From positions 1 to 64,000 of the IMG/VR virus record IMGVR_UViG_3300032665_000006: a stretch of 64,000 nucleotides of DNA; one strand, written 5' to 3'. The notes beneath the pieces were generated by a model. That model did not search any database and was not told the origin of the DNA. It worked only from the letters and a program-made list of their open reading frames with translations. Positions 19,257-28,634 of the stretch are shown here, piece after piece; position 1 is the first letter of the stretch, and each line of letters starts with the position of its first letter. This DNA is from a virus. The translations under genes and the position numbers were made by a program.

Positions 19257-19299
19257 GGACTAATAGTTATCGTCTTGACCTTCGAATGTGTAAATTTCA

Positions 19300-21063
19300 T
19301 TAGACTATCTCAATATCTGTGTTATAGCTTGTAAATCCACCTTCTTTAACTACCTTAAGAATATTTTCTACACGCCCTGCTAGCTCGTCTCTATGTGACA
19401 CAAGCCAAATACTCTTATGTCGTTCTCTAGACATTTGTTTTAATAGTGCTAATGCTGACTCTACACCTTGCGTATCTAAGCCGTTGTCAATCATTTCATC
19501 AATAAACAATACATTAATTGGTGTGTATAGTGATTCAAACACATCTCTGAAAGCCCACGCCATACTTAGTATCAAACGGTTTCTTTCACCTCTACTCAGA
19601 TTATCAAAATCTAGCTCACGACCTAGTTCTTCGATGCTAACAGTTAAGTCATTTTGGAATACTACGGTATGTGGCAGTCCAATACGATCCAAATAATGAG
19701 TTAACCTTGAGTTTAAGTAAGATAAGTTTTGTTCAATAATCTTTTTACGAATAAAACTATCCTTGCTAGTAAGCAATTTAAGTAAGAAATCTTGGTGTTC
19801 TTGTAATTTTGTTAAGTCATTAAGTGTTTCATACGATACTTCTTCTAAAGCAGTATGTGTCATTTCATCAATCTGTTCGCCATACGGATCAACTTCAGCA
19901 TTTTTGCTAGTAATTTGTGTTTGTAATCCTTCAATAGTACTGCGATGCTGAATTGCTTGTTCTTCTGTATCATAAAATAACTTAGGAGGCTTACCTAAGA
20001 CGCCCAGGGCTTCAAGGGCAATCTCCAACTCTGATAAGAGCTGTGTATGTTCTGTGAAATTCGTTCGCGCACCATCCAAATCTCCCTGCTTGCTTGCCAA
20101 TACCGATTCGTGCTTATCGTCATGGAAGGGCTGGCCGCACGTATGGCATTCATGGTTTTTAAGAGTTTCAATCTCCTTAGATACTTTGGAAATCGCTTTA
20201 TCTTCCCGGGAAATGTCCATCTTCGTACGACTGATTTGAGTAGATAAATCGTTGATATCCTTCCTTTTTTGATCCCATGTTTTATGATCTTTGTGCGCCT
20301 GGATCTCTTTTTCAATGTCAATTTCCTGGAGCGATGATAATGCCCTCTCAAGTTCTTTGATATCTTCTTCATGTTTAGCTACCCATAGTCCTTGTCTGCG
20401 CTTTAAAGATTCTATTTGCTCTTCGATACGCTTATTGGCATCTTGAACAGCACGAATTCTAAATTCTTCTTTAGTAATATCTTCTTTGGTAGTACGATTT
20501 AGCTCTTTAATCTTTTCAGCTCGTTCACTAAGCATAGTAATACCAAGTAACTGCTCGATAATAGTACGCTGGTCGTTAGATTTTAGCGACAAAAACGGTT
20601 CAGTATAAGTGTTTAATACCATAATATGCTTAAACATATCGTGACTCATACCTAAAATACCTTCAATAGCATCTTGCGTTTCGCGACTATCGCCTTGTGC
20701 GCTATCTTCTGCTTCTGTTTCTTTATCGTTTACATAAAACTTTAACAGATTAGGCTTACGACCTCGTTCAATCTTATAAGAAGTGTTGTTGATTTCAAAA
20801 TCAAGACTAACGAGCATATTTTTGCCATTAGTTTTGTTTACGAGATTGTCGCGTCTTATGTTGCTTAACGCTGTTCCATACATAGCGTAGCTAAGAGCGT
20901 TGATGATTGTTGTTTTACCAGTTCCGTTGCGAGATCCATCACCACCTAAGTCCAGATTTTCGCCGAGAACCAATGTTAAGTCTTGCCGATCAAAATCAAT
21001 ACCTTGTGTAGCATTTCCTACACTCATAAAGTTTCGAACAGTTAGATTTTTTATTTTTATCAT
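19300..21063 (-). CDS. gp46: Recombination endonuclease ATPase subunit (gp46, Rad50/SbcC-like)
   Basis: NFMSVGN, NGTGKT Walker A, CHTC zinc hook, LSRGE signature, FIDE Walker B, SH loop. Confidence 0.96.
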   Translation of the reverse strand: MIKIKNLTVRNFMSVGNATQGIDFDRQDLTLVLGENLDLGGDGSRNGTGKTTIINALSYAMYGTALSNIRRDNLVNKTNGKNMLVSLDFEINNTSYKIERGRKPNLLKFYVNDKETEAEDSAQGDSRETQDAIEGILGMSHDMFKHIMVLNTYTEPFLSLKSNDQRTIIEQLLGITMLSERAEKIKELNRTTKEDITKEEFRIRAVQDANKRIEEQIESLKRRQGLWVAKHEEDIKELERALSSLQEIDIEKEIQAHKDHKTWDQKRKDINDLSTQISRTKMDISREDKAISKVSKEIETLKNHECHTCGQPFHDDKHESVLASKQGDLDGARTNFTEHTQLLSELEIALEALGVLGKPPKLFYDTEEQAIQHRSTIEGLQTQITSKNAEVDPYGEQIDEMTHTALEEVSYETLNDLTKLQEHQDFLLKLLTSKDSFIRKKIIEQNLSYLNSRLTHYLDRIGLPHTVVFQNDLTVSIEELGRELDFDNLSRGERNRLILSMAWAFRDVFESLYTPINVLFIDEMIDNGLDTQGVESALALLKQMSRERHKSIWLVSHRDELAGRVENILKVVKEGGFTSYNTDIEIV

Positions 21064-22076
21064 AGGTTTTGGTAAATTTTTAATAATAACTTAGGATCAT
21101 AAAATTCTGATTCTATGTTGGTAATTTGATCAGTTACAATTTGATCTACTGATTCAAATTTAACATCGCCAGGTGCTAAATCAATATCAATATCAGTACG
21201 CTTACTAGGAATTAATGCCATTTCACGCAAATTGTAATCTTTAATAAATGTTTCTTTAATAAAATTAGCTTCTTCGTAACTAATGTCGATATCTAACTCA
21301 ACACGAACGTGCATATTTGGTACAAGTATATTAGCACCGTTGTCAATAGCTTCGCTAAGTTTCATAACACGATATAATGGTTGTCCAGGCCAAGCATGAT
21401 ATTGCTGTGGTTTGCCCCATTCTAATACCATCATGCCACGCTTATTATCTCCAGCATCAGCAAAGTTATGTGGAAAGCAATTACCAATGTAATTAATATT
21501 CCCTTTAGTTTGACGCAAATGAAAATGTCCTGAAAATACATTTTCGACACCTTTAAAATTATCTACGCTAATTTCTCCATGATCCGGCATCTCTACCATA
21601 GCGTTCATTTTAAAATGCGGAAGTTCAAAATGTCCAAACATATATTTTGCTGACATTTTAGACAACTTTTTGTGGTCGTCTCCAACTAACCAAGGAGCAA
21701 TAATAACATCGCCACGCTGAAACCAATCATTGACAATAACAATATTAGGTATATGCTTGGCCCATTCAGCCCCATGGATGTCCCGTTTATCACGATAGTA
21801 CAAATCATGATTACCAGGAATAAAATAAAAAGTATCAAAAGCAGCACTTAATTTCTCCAAACACCGTAATGAAGTATGTAATGTTTGCATATTGATTGAT
21901 GCTCGATGGTGGTGCCAATCACCTAAGAAGAAACCAGTTTCGCACCCTTCTTCTTTAGCCTTTTCAATAAACCAATCGATAAATTTTTCACAGTCGTTTA
22001 AGTGTACAAGGCTGTTAGACTTTAAACCAAAATGAATATCTGTCATCACGGCAGCTTTTTTAAATAAGTTACTCAT
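21060..22076 (-). CDS. gp47: Recombination endonuclease nuclease subunit (gp47, Mre11/SbcD-like)
   Basis: DIHFG, GDWHH, GNHD, GHFE, SGHFH metallophosphoesterase motifs; ATGA-coupled to gp46. Confidence 0.96.
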   Translation of the reverse strand: MSNLFKKAAVMTDIHFGLKSNSLVHLNDCEKFIDWFIEKAKEEGCETGFFLGDWHHHRASINMQTLHTSLRCLEKLSAAFDTFYFIPGNHDLYYRDKRDIHGAEWAKHIPNIVIVNDWFQRGDVIIAPWLVGDDHKKLSKMSAKYMFGHFELPHFKMNAMVEMPDHGEISVDNFKGVENVFSGHFHLRQTKGNINYIGNCFPHNFADAGDNKRGMMVLEWGKPQQYHAWPGQPLYRVMKLSEAIDNGANILVPNMHVRVELDIDISYEEANFIKETFIKDYNLREMALIPSKRTDIDIDLAPGDVKFESVDQIVTDQITNIESEFYDPKLLLKIYQNL

Positions 22077-22836
22077 CTTTTATTTCCCATGCCTTGTATC
22101 CATTATGCGATTCGCTTTTAATAGTTTTTTCGATTACGAGTCTTGCGGTTTGCTTTGTTACTCGATTGAATTCACTTTTACTTTTGTATTGTAGCACACT
22201 TCCGTCAGGATGTTCAACTAATATGGCAATACTAACCTTGGCAGCCCCTTTGAGTCCGTTTTGTCGATTTATTTCTTTCACTTGCTCGATATTTTGACTT
22301 TGCCACGCTTTAATTTTTTCGCCACGCTTAATTTTTTCATCTGGGTTAGCTTCGTAATATCGTTTAAGTGTTTTTGATTTTTCTTGATAAACTTCTTCGG
22401 TATGTAAATGCTTTACTAATTCTTTGCGTTCTTCTGCGGTAGTGTTTGCCCATCTTTTTTTATTATAATCACGCCAATGTTCGCCGAGGGCTTCTCGGAT
22501 AATGATAAGATCATCATTGCTCATATTAGCCCAACTACCGGCACTCAATCCGTCGCCACCAAGACTAGCATTTAATCCATTTTTGTAAGTATCGTTATCT
22601 TTAATGTATTTGATTTCGGCTAATGCTAATTTTGATACTTCTGTAAATCCGCGCTCTATAACTTCATATACGCAATTTTTAATACCGGCGGTTCGCATAG
22701 CTTTGTGAATTTTTCGTTCGGAATTATGCTTAAACGCTTCGCGACAATGATCCTTCCAGCGATATTGCTTATATTCTGGCTTTGTATCTAGTCCATAATA
22801 GACTTGATTGTTTACGGTAATTTTGTATATGAACAT
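22069..22836 (-). CDS. GIY-YIG-like homing endonuclease
   Basis: FIYKITV..VYYG, RWKDH, LAEIKYI, GLNASLGGDG; own CTAAATA at 22860-22866. Confidence 0.8.
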   Translation of the reverse strand: MFIYKITVNNQVYYGLDTKPEYKQYRWKDHCREAFKHNSERKIHKAMRTAGIKNCVYEVIERGFTEVSKLALAEIKYIKDNDTYKNGLNASLGGDGLSAGSWANMSNDDLIIIREALGEHWRDYNKKRWANTTAEERKELVKHLHTEEVYQEKSKTLKRYYEANPDEKIKRGEKIKAWQSQNIEQVKEINRQNGLKGAAKVSIAILVEHPDGSVLQYKSKSEFNRVTKQTARLVIEKTIKSESHNGYKAWEIKDE

Positions 22837-22925
22837 AATAGTTAAATCCCAAGTGTATGTATTTAGTTATTCACTGGGGATTTTAATATTATACACTCCT
22901 AGATTGTAGATTACAACTAAACTGG

Positions 22926-23852
22926 CTATTCTTCAGTATTGTATTCAGAAATATCAATATTGGTAACAACAGAATTAAGATTAGGATCTTTTTTACCAGC
23001 CGCTTGTCTAGTCCACGAAGGGTTCAGCCCATTCATTTCAAGCATATCATCACGAATGTTTTGATTTTTCTTTTCAGAATTAAGAACATGAGTAAACGAG
23101 TTAGTAATAGCGGCAGTATAGTAAGCAAACGGATTTTGTGATTTTGATTCATCAAATCGTAAGCCAATTTGACTTAATTGTACCAGTGCTGCGCCACGCA
23201 TTTCTTCATTGTATGTATAGCCACGCCAGTTACTACGGGTAGCATAACGATCACATAATTTAATAAACATATTGGCTAAGGTACGAGTCATTGTGCCATG
23301 ATCCTTGCTAAACTCGCCCTTTTCCAAATCACCAACCCAGTGGCTTTTACCCACTAAAAACGGTTTCTTTTTATCATCTAAACGATAATGATAAAATGGC
23401 GGAAATGGAAGTCTGACAAATTTTGCTGTAGCGCCAACTTCTGGCTCGTCGATTGGGGGTAAACCTAAAATATCTTCTTCGATTAAATCAAGTTCAAAAA
23501 TATCATCTAATTTTTTCTTTTTTGTTGTAGCAGATTTTGGGATCTTTTTAGGAGCCATTGGAATATGCTCCCAACAAGTGATTCTAAATACTAAATCTGT
23601 GTTAGGAATTTTCTTTGGATCAATTACTACCCCAGTTTCTTTTTTAATGCGATCTGCGCGATTGCGTCTAGCTTCTGCTACAGTACGCTGATTAATTTTT
23701 TCAACAGTGGGCAAAATAATGTCATATTGGTGATCATTTACTGGATCTAAGTAAGTGCAATATGTGTTTTTGCTTAAATGTATTTGCTTTAAAATATCTC
23801 GATTATTGAGATAAATGACTTTTCTTTGTGATACGACTGGTCCTGTAGCCAA
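22926..23852 (-). CDS. gp55: Late-transcription sigma factor, T4 gp55 family
   Basis: YLNNRDIL, RYATRSNWRGYTYNEEM, FDESKSQNPFAYYT; TTG start with AGGAG RBS. Confidence 0.92.
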   Translation of the reverse strand: MATGPVVSQRKVIYLNNRDILKQIHLSKNTYCTYLDPVNDHQYDIILPTVEKINQRTVAEARRNRADRIKKETGVVIDPKKIPNTDLVFRITCWEHIPMAPKKIPKSATTKKKKLDDIFELDLIEEDILGLPPIDEPEVGATAKFVRLPFPPFYHYRLDDKKKPFLVGKSHWVGDLEKGEFSKDHGTMTRTLANMFIKLCDRYATRSNWRGYTYNEEMRGAALVQLSQIGLRFDESKSQNPFAYYTAAITNSFTHVLNSEKKNQNIRDDMLEMNGLNPSWTRQAAGKKDPNLNSVVTNIDISEYNTEE

Positions 23853-23871
23853 TGTAAATCTCCTATTTGAT

Positions 23872-23904
23872 TATTTATTATAGCACAAGTCAACCGCTTG
23901 TCAA
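23872..23904 (-). promoter_or_regulatory. Sigma70 promoter fused with a late box upstream of gp55
   Basis: TTGACA-16 nt-TATAAT with TGn extension; the -10 continues as TATAATAAATA. Confidence 0.75.
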
Positions 23905-23938
23905 CCTTTTTAACATAATATGAGCATATTATTTAAAC

Positions 23939-23946
23939 CATAAATA
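23939..23946 (+). promoter_or_regulatory. Late promoter CATAAATA for the baseplate operon
   Basis: AAACCATAAATA, the same 12-mer as upstream of gp6 (32261-32272). Confidence 0.7.
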
Positions 23947-23964
23947 TTGTATAGGATAACCAAA

Positions 23965-25155
23965 ATGGCAATATCACCGACCCCAGTAACACCCACTGAT
24001 CCGTTAGCAGAAGAAGCGGCAAAATTACAGGCTGAATTATCAGGCGACGGAGTAAGAGCGAATGTAGATACAGGACCAGCTCCAATAAGTCCAACGATTG
24101 ATCCTGCTTCTACACTTAGTCAGGGCGAAACCATAATAGTTCCGGCGAGCCAAGTTAATAAATCAGCCACTCCGATTAACGCTGTTACTCCAGGATTGCA
24201 AACATTTGATGATGGTTCCTCCATACAAACATTTGACGACGGATCTACATTAGTAACAGATTCTAACGGAAAAATTTCATCAACTCCAGAAACTAGCTCA
24301 AGTAGCCCTTTGGCAGCCGCTATTCAATCTGGCACTAATAATGCTCAGTTTCAACAAGAAAGAGCGACACAGTTAGGGCAACAATCTAAAAACGGTGACT
24401 GGCGAGTTAAATTAAGTTTAGCACAGGGCGCAACTTATTTGTACAATGCGCCTAACCCAGGAATACTTCAGCCGTTACAAGTTACTAACGGAGTTATATT
24501 TCCGTACACGCCAAAAATTGACATGAGTTATAAAGCAAACTATTCAACTTATGATTTAACACATTCAAATTTTCGTGGCTATTTTTATCAAAATAGTCAA
24601 GTTGGCGACATTAGTATTACAGGACATTTTACGGCGCAAGACACAAATCAAGCAAACTATTTGTTGGCAGTAATTCATTTTTTCCGTAGTGCTACAAAAA
24701 TGTTTTATGGTCAAGACGCACAACGAGGTAGTCCTCCGCCGTTAGTATTTTTATCTGGTTTAGGTCAATATCAGTTTAACAATCACCCTTGTTTAATTAC
24801 AGAATTTACATATAATCTTCCTGAAGACGTTGATTATATACGAGCTCAGGTTGCTAATAAAGTAAATTTAAATTTAACATCACAAAATGCGGTACAACAA
24901 AGTGTAGCTACTAATAATATTTTTGCTAGTATTCAACGACTAGCAAACGCCTTTACAACCAAAGGTGCTTTGCCTACAACTCCATTTGGCTCGCCTAATA
25001 TTCCAAATTTAGCGCAAGGCACGCCAACTTATGTACCAACAAAAATGGACATTACTATTAGATTATTACCTGTTAATACTCGTCAACAAGTTAGTCAACA
25101 ATTTAGTGTTAAAGAATTTGCTAATGGCAATCAACTTAAAGGAGGGTTCTGGTAA
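23965..25155 (+). CDS. Baseplate tail-tube initiator/cap-like protein (gp48/gp54-type)
   Basis: GVIFPYTP, PPPLVFLSGLG, YVPTKMDITI; upstream of gp53-like gene; ATG 23965 has an AGGA RBS. Confidence 0.65.
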   Translation: MAISPTPVTPTDPLAEEAAKLQAELSGDGVRANVDTGPAPISPTIDPASTLSQGETIIVPASQVNKSATPINAVTPGLQTFDDGSSIQTFDDGSTLVTDSNGKISSTPETSSSSPLAAAIQSGTNNAQFQQERATQLGQQSKNGDWRVKLSLAQGATYLYNAPNPGILQPLQVTNGVIFPYTPKIDMSYKANYSTYDLTHSNFRGYFYQNSQVGDISITGHFTAQDTNQANYLLAVIHFFRSATKMFYGQDAQRGSPPPLVFLSGLGQYQFNNHPCLITEFTYNLPEDVDYIRAQVANKVNLNLTSQNAVQQSVATNNIFASIQRLANAFTTKGALPTTPFGSPNIPNLAQGTPTYVPTKMDITIRLLPVNTRQQVSQQFSVKEFANGNQLKGGFW

Positions 25156-25457
25156 TGACAGCACAATATAATCAAACTAGCCCGTACTACTTAACACAAT
25201 ATAGTCAGTATTTTTTAGATGTGATGATAAATCGACCAATTCCAAAATTGGTGGATGATCAATACTTTACAATAAATGCGACTTACCAATATAGACCAGA
25301 TTTGTTAGCGCACGATTTGTATGATAATAGTAATTTGTGGTGGGTATTTTATCAACGCAATCCTAATACATTATCTAAACCGCCTCTTGATTTTACATCA
25401 GGAACACAAATTTATTTGCCAAAAATTACTACCTTACAATCAGTGTTAGGATTCTAA
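25155..25457 (+). CDS. gp53: Baseplate wedge protein, gp53/LysM-like
   Basis: YRPDLLAHDLYDNSNLWWVF...IYLP. Confidence 0.85.
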   Translation: MTAQYNQTSPYYLTQYSQYFLDVMINRPIPKLVDDQYFTINATYQYRPDLLAHDLYDNSNLWWVFYQRNPNTLSKPPLDFTSGTQIYLPKITTLQSVLGF

Positions 25458-25458
25458 A

Positions 25459-26757
25459 ATGGCTTTTCGATTCAATACTATCGATCCATCAACAGGATAC
25501 GAACAATGGTTCGACCCTACAACAGGCGCATATCAACTGCGCCCCCCTGCTAACAATCCTGCTCCTGCGACAGTAACAACTCAACAAAGCCAAAGTACGT
25601 CGCAACAAACACCTGCCGGACCAATACCATATACTGCATTAACCACTTCTGCGGTAGGCGACGTAACAATAAAATTACCAGACTCTCAAGCGTCTGCTAC
25701 GGCTCCGCTAAATGCTCAACCTGCCGCGGCTGCTCCAACCGACGACAATTCTAATGGAGCAAATACTGTATCAGGAACTTCGGTGCTACTTAATGCCGCA
25801 ACAAGTCCTACTACCTTAATTACGCCACAGCCCAATATATTAGATCAATTTGCTAGTTACACATATAATATTGGATGGTATTTGTTAACCCCTACACAAT
25901 TTAAATCTGTTACAAATGCTGTAAAAATAGATGTTAATCAATGGTCGTTGCTTGTACAAAGCGGCGGAGCAAGTTCACAACAAACAGCGGCAACACAACA
26001 AGGCGCTCTTGCTGGGCAGTCTAATACTATTACTGGGCAATTAACAACAACAGCTACTACTGGGCGAAACAAATATTTTACACTTGATTACTACATTGAC
26101 GATTTAGAAATAAGTTCAACTTTAGGTGGCGGCGGCCCTGCTACGCTAACTGAGCTTTCTTTTAAAGTAACAGAACCTAACGGGTTAACTCTGTTACCAA
26201 ATCTTACTAATGCTGTTCGTGATTTGTATCAACAAACTAACGCAGCAAATAACTTAGCATTTTTTTGTATAGTTGTTAAGTTTTATGGGTGGGACATTAA
26301 TGGACATTTAATAACAGATCCGTCTAGCTCTTCGGGAACACCAGGCGCTACTCCTGGTATTACTAATGCTGTATTGACTAGATATTATCCTTTTCAAATT
26401 ACAGAATTTAATTTTAAAATGGCTAGCAAAGCTATTGAATATCAAATTAAAGGTGTACCGCAACATTTTAAATATGGGTCATCATCAGGCACAGCAAGTA
26501 TTCCTTATAATATAGAACTTACTGGAGCAACTGTTGGAGATGTATTATCGGGAGCAGGCATTTCTGCTAATACAGGAAATACAACAGGGTCTGGGCGTGA
26601 CGCAACAACAACATCGTCACCAACAGTACAAACTGGGCCAACAAAATTAACGGCTCAAGAAGTAGCAGCGTCTCAACTGGCTACAGTTAAGAATTTTATT
26701 TTTAATCCATTTGGCGCATCAAATTCGCAAACGAACGGCGGATGGGGCGAGGGTTAA
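25459..26757 (+). CDS. Baseplate hub-like protein, N-terminal part
   Basis: NILDQFASYTYNI, YYIDDLEI, FKVTEPNG; located between gp53 and gp5. Confidence 0.6.
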   Translation: MAFRFNTIDPSTGYEQWFDPTTGAYQLRPPANNPAPATVTTQQSQSTSQQTPAGPIPYTALTTSAVGDVTIKLPDSQASATAPLNAQPAAAAPTDDNSNGANTVSGTSVLLNAATSPTTLITPQPNILDQFASYTYNIGWYLLTPTQFKSVTNAVKIDVNQWSLLVQSGGASSQQTAATQQGALAGQSNTITGQLTTTATTGRNKYFTLDYYIDDLEISSTLGGGGPATLTELSFKVTEPNGLTLLPNLTNAVRDLYQQTNAANNLAFFCIVVKFYGWDINGHLITDPSSSSGTPGATPGITNAVLTRYYPFQITEFNFKMASKAIEYQIKGVPQHFKYGSSSGTASIPYNIELTGATVGDVLSGAGISANTGNTTGSGRDATTTSSPTVQTGPTKLTAQEVAASQLATVKNFIFNPFGASNSQTNGGWGEG

Positions 26758-26777
26758 TACTATGATAGGAAATTATT

Positions 26778-28634
26778 ATGCCAGGTAGTAGCGGATTACC
26801 AGGACCAGCAGGCTTTGGAAGAGGAACTCAGTCAGCAGCTTCTTTGGCGGCTGCCAATGCCTTGCCAACTAACGCACGACAAACATCAAATGCTATAGCA
26901 GCCGCTACTGGCGCCAGAGGTCGCGGAGCGCCTCCATTAGCAACCGCAGCACCAACAGGGAACAACAAGTATACTTTTACTGGATTATGTGATGCGTTAA
27001 ATGCTTACGAGCAAGGATTAGTTAAAGACGGTACAGTAACTTATGCTAATCAGTATGTAATTGAATTTGCGCCAGCAAGTCTTCGCAGTTCAGGAGTTAC
27101 CTTGCCTGGAACTAGTGATAAAAAATTAGGACCAATGCAACAAACTAATACTGCTAAAGATAAAGTGCTTCCAGAAACAAACACATACAATACTAAGGCT
27201 AAAAATATTGCTGTAAGTCAAGGTACACAAATTATACAATTTATTGAAATGACTATGCGTAATAGTCGATATGTTACTGATCAATTAATTGTAGCGCAGG
27301 ATCAACTTTCTGGCAATGCGTTGCCTAGTACATCTACTACTACTAATAAAACAACAACATGGTTTAAAATTACAGTTAACGCAGTACCTATTGGCGATAA
27401 AATAGATGAATTGCGTAACGACTATGCGTATAAAATTACATATACTATATCAACTTATGCGTTGAATGAAGCACAAAGCCAATATTTTCCAGAAGCACAA
27501 TTTCGTGGAGTACAAAAAGTTTATAACTATTGGTTTACTGGAGAAAACACACAAGTATTAAGCTACGAACAAAATTATAACAATCAATATATTAATGTAT
27601 TAAGTAGCAAAACAAAAACACAAGGGTCACAGGGATTAAACAATGCGTTAGCAAATTCCGTAGGATATGGTATTGGTCCAAATAAAAATGTACCATCTCC
27701 TCGTTCTGGACAAAGCGATCAACAAGCACAAAATGGCGCAAATAATCCTGCTAGTACATTAGCAGACTATCTTTATAGTTTTGCTGATCAAAGTGAAATA
27801 ACTTTACAAATTATTGGCGACCCAGCATGGTTAGTTCAAGGCGAAGTTAAAGGACTTACTGCTAGTGCGTTTCAATTTACAGGCTTTTATTCAGATGGCA
27901 CAGTAAATCCAGATACACAACAGGTCGTATTTGCGGTTAATTGGAACGCTCCTGCGGATTATAATAACGGCACAAGCGGACCTTATAGCGGCACAGGATT
28001 AATGGATGTAAACGCTTCTGCTACACAAAATAACAATAATAATTTGTCGTCATCGCCAACGCAAGCAAGTGCGGCATATACGGCTACTGAAGTAAAAAGT
28101 ACTTTTAGTAAAGGTAAATTTACACAAGAATTAAAAGGCAATGCGCTTAAAAATTTAAATCCTACACAATTAGCTTCGGTCCCAGGAGTAACTCGTGCGC
28201 CAACACCTACTTCAACATTATCAGCGAACCAGCCACAAGCTGGTACTCGTACTAGTTTATTACAACAAATAGAAGCTGCCGGTAGTCAAATTCTTGGTGC
28301 TGTAACTAACGCATTAACACCGTCATCCTGGACTTCTCCTATTACTAATACACCAGTGTCGGCACCAGCGTCAGCTACTCCAGCAGTAGCACCACCTGTA
28401 CAACCGGCATCTGCCCCGACAGATGTTACTTCAGCTGGTGTAGTAGTAGGCGCCGCAAGCGCAACTTCGGCAGTTCTTAATGCTGGCACAGTAGTAACTA
28501 GTAATACTACATCCACTACAACGGTAACTGGCGGCGGATCGACAATTCGTACAAGCACTCCTACAGTCTATGTAAATACACCTGAGTTTACTACAGGCTC
28601 GAGCACTCAACCAATGGCAGCTAAGGACGCATAA
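26778..28634 (+). CDS. Baseplate hub-like protein, C-terminal part (gp27-like)
   Basis: KVYNYWFTGEN, LQIIGDPAWL, YTATEVKSTFSKGKFTQEL; immediately before gp5. Confidence 0.65.
   Translation: MPGSSGLPGPAGFGRGTQSAASLAAANALPTNARQTSNAIAAATGARGRGAPPLATAAPTGNNKYTFTGLCDALNAYEQGLVKDGTVTYANQYVIEFAPASLRSSGVTLPGTSDKKLGPMQQTNTAKDKVLPETNTYNTKAKNIAVSQGTQIIQFIEMTMRNSRYVTDQLIVAQDQLSGNALPSTSTTTNKTTTWFKITVNAVPIGDKIDELRNDYAYKITYTISTYALNEAQSQYFPEAQFRGVQKVYNYWFTGENTQVLSYEQNYNNQYINVLSSKTKTQGSQGLNNALANSVGYGIGPNKNVPSPRSGQSDQQAQNGANNPASTLADYLYSFADQSEITLQIIGDPAWLVQGEVKGLTASAFQFTGFYSDGTVNPDTQQVVFAVNWNAPADYNNGTSGPYSGTGLMDVNASATQNNNNNLSSSPTQASAAYTATEVKSTFSKGKFTQELKGNALKNLNPTQLASVPGVTRAPTPTSTLSANQPQAGTRTSLLQQIEAAGSQILGAVTNALTPSSWTSPITNTPVSAPASATPAVAPPVQPASAPTDVTSAGVVVGAASATSAVLNAGTVVTSNTTSTTTVTGGGSTIRTSTPTVYVNTPEFTTGSSTQPMAAKDA

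Noticed and set aside
26690-26780. Frameshift joining the two hub-like ORFs
   Set aside because: No in-frame slippery heptamer, and a TGA at 26763 in the second ORF's frame
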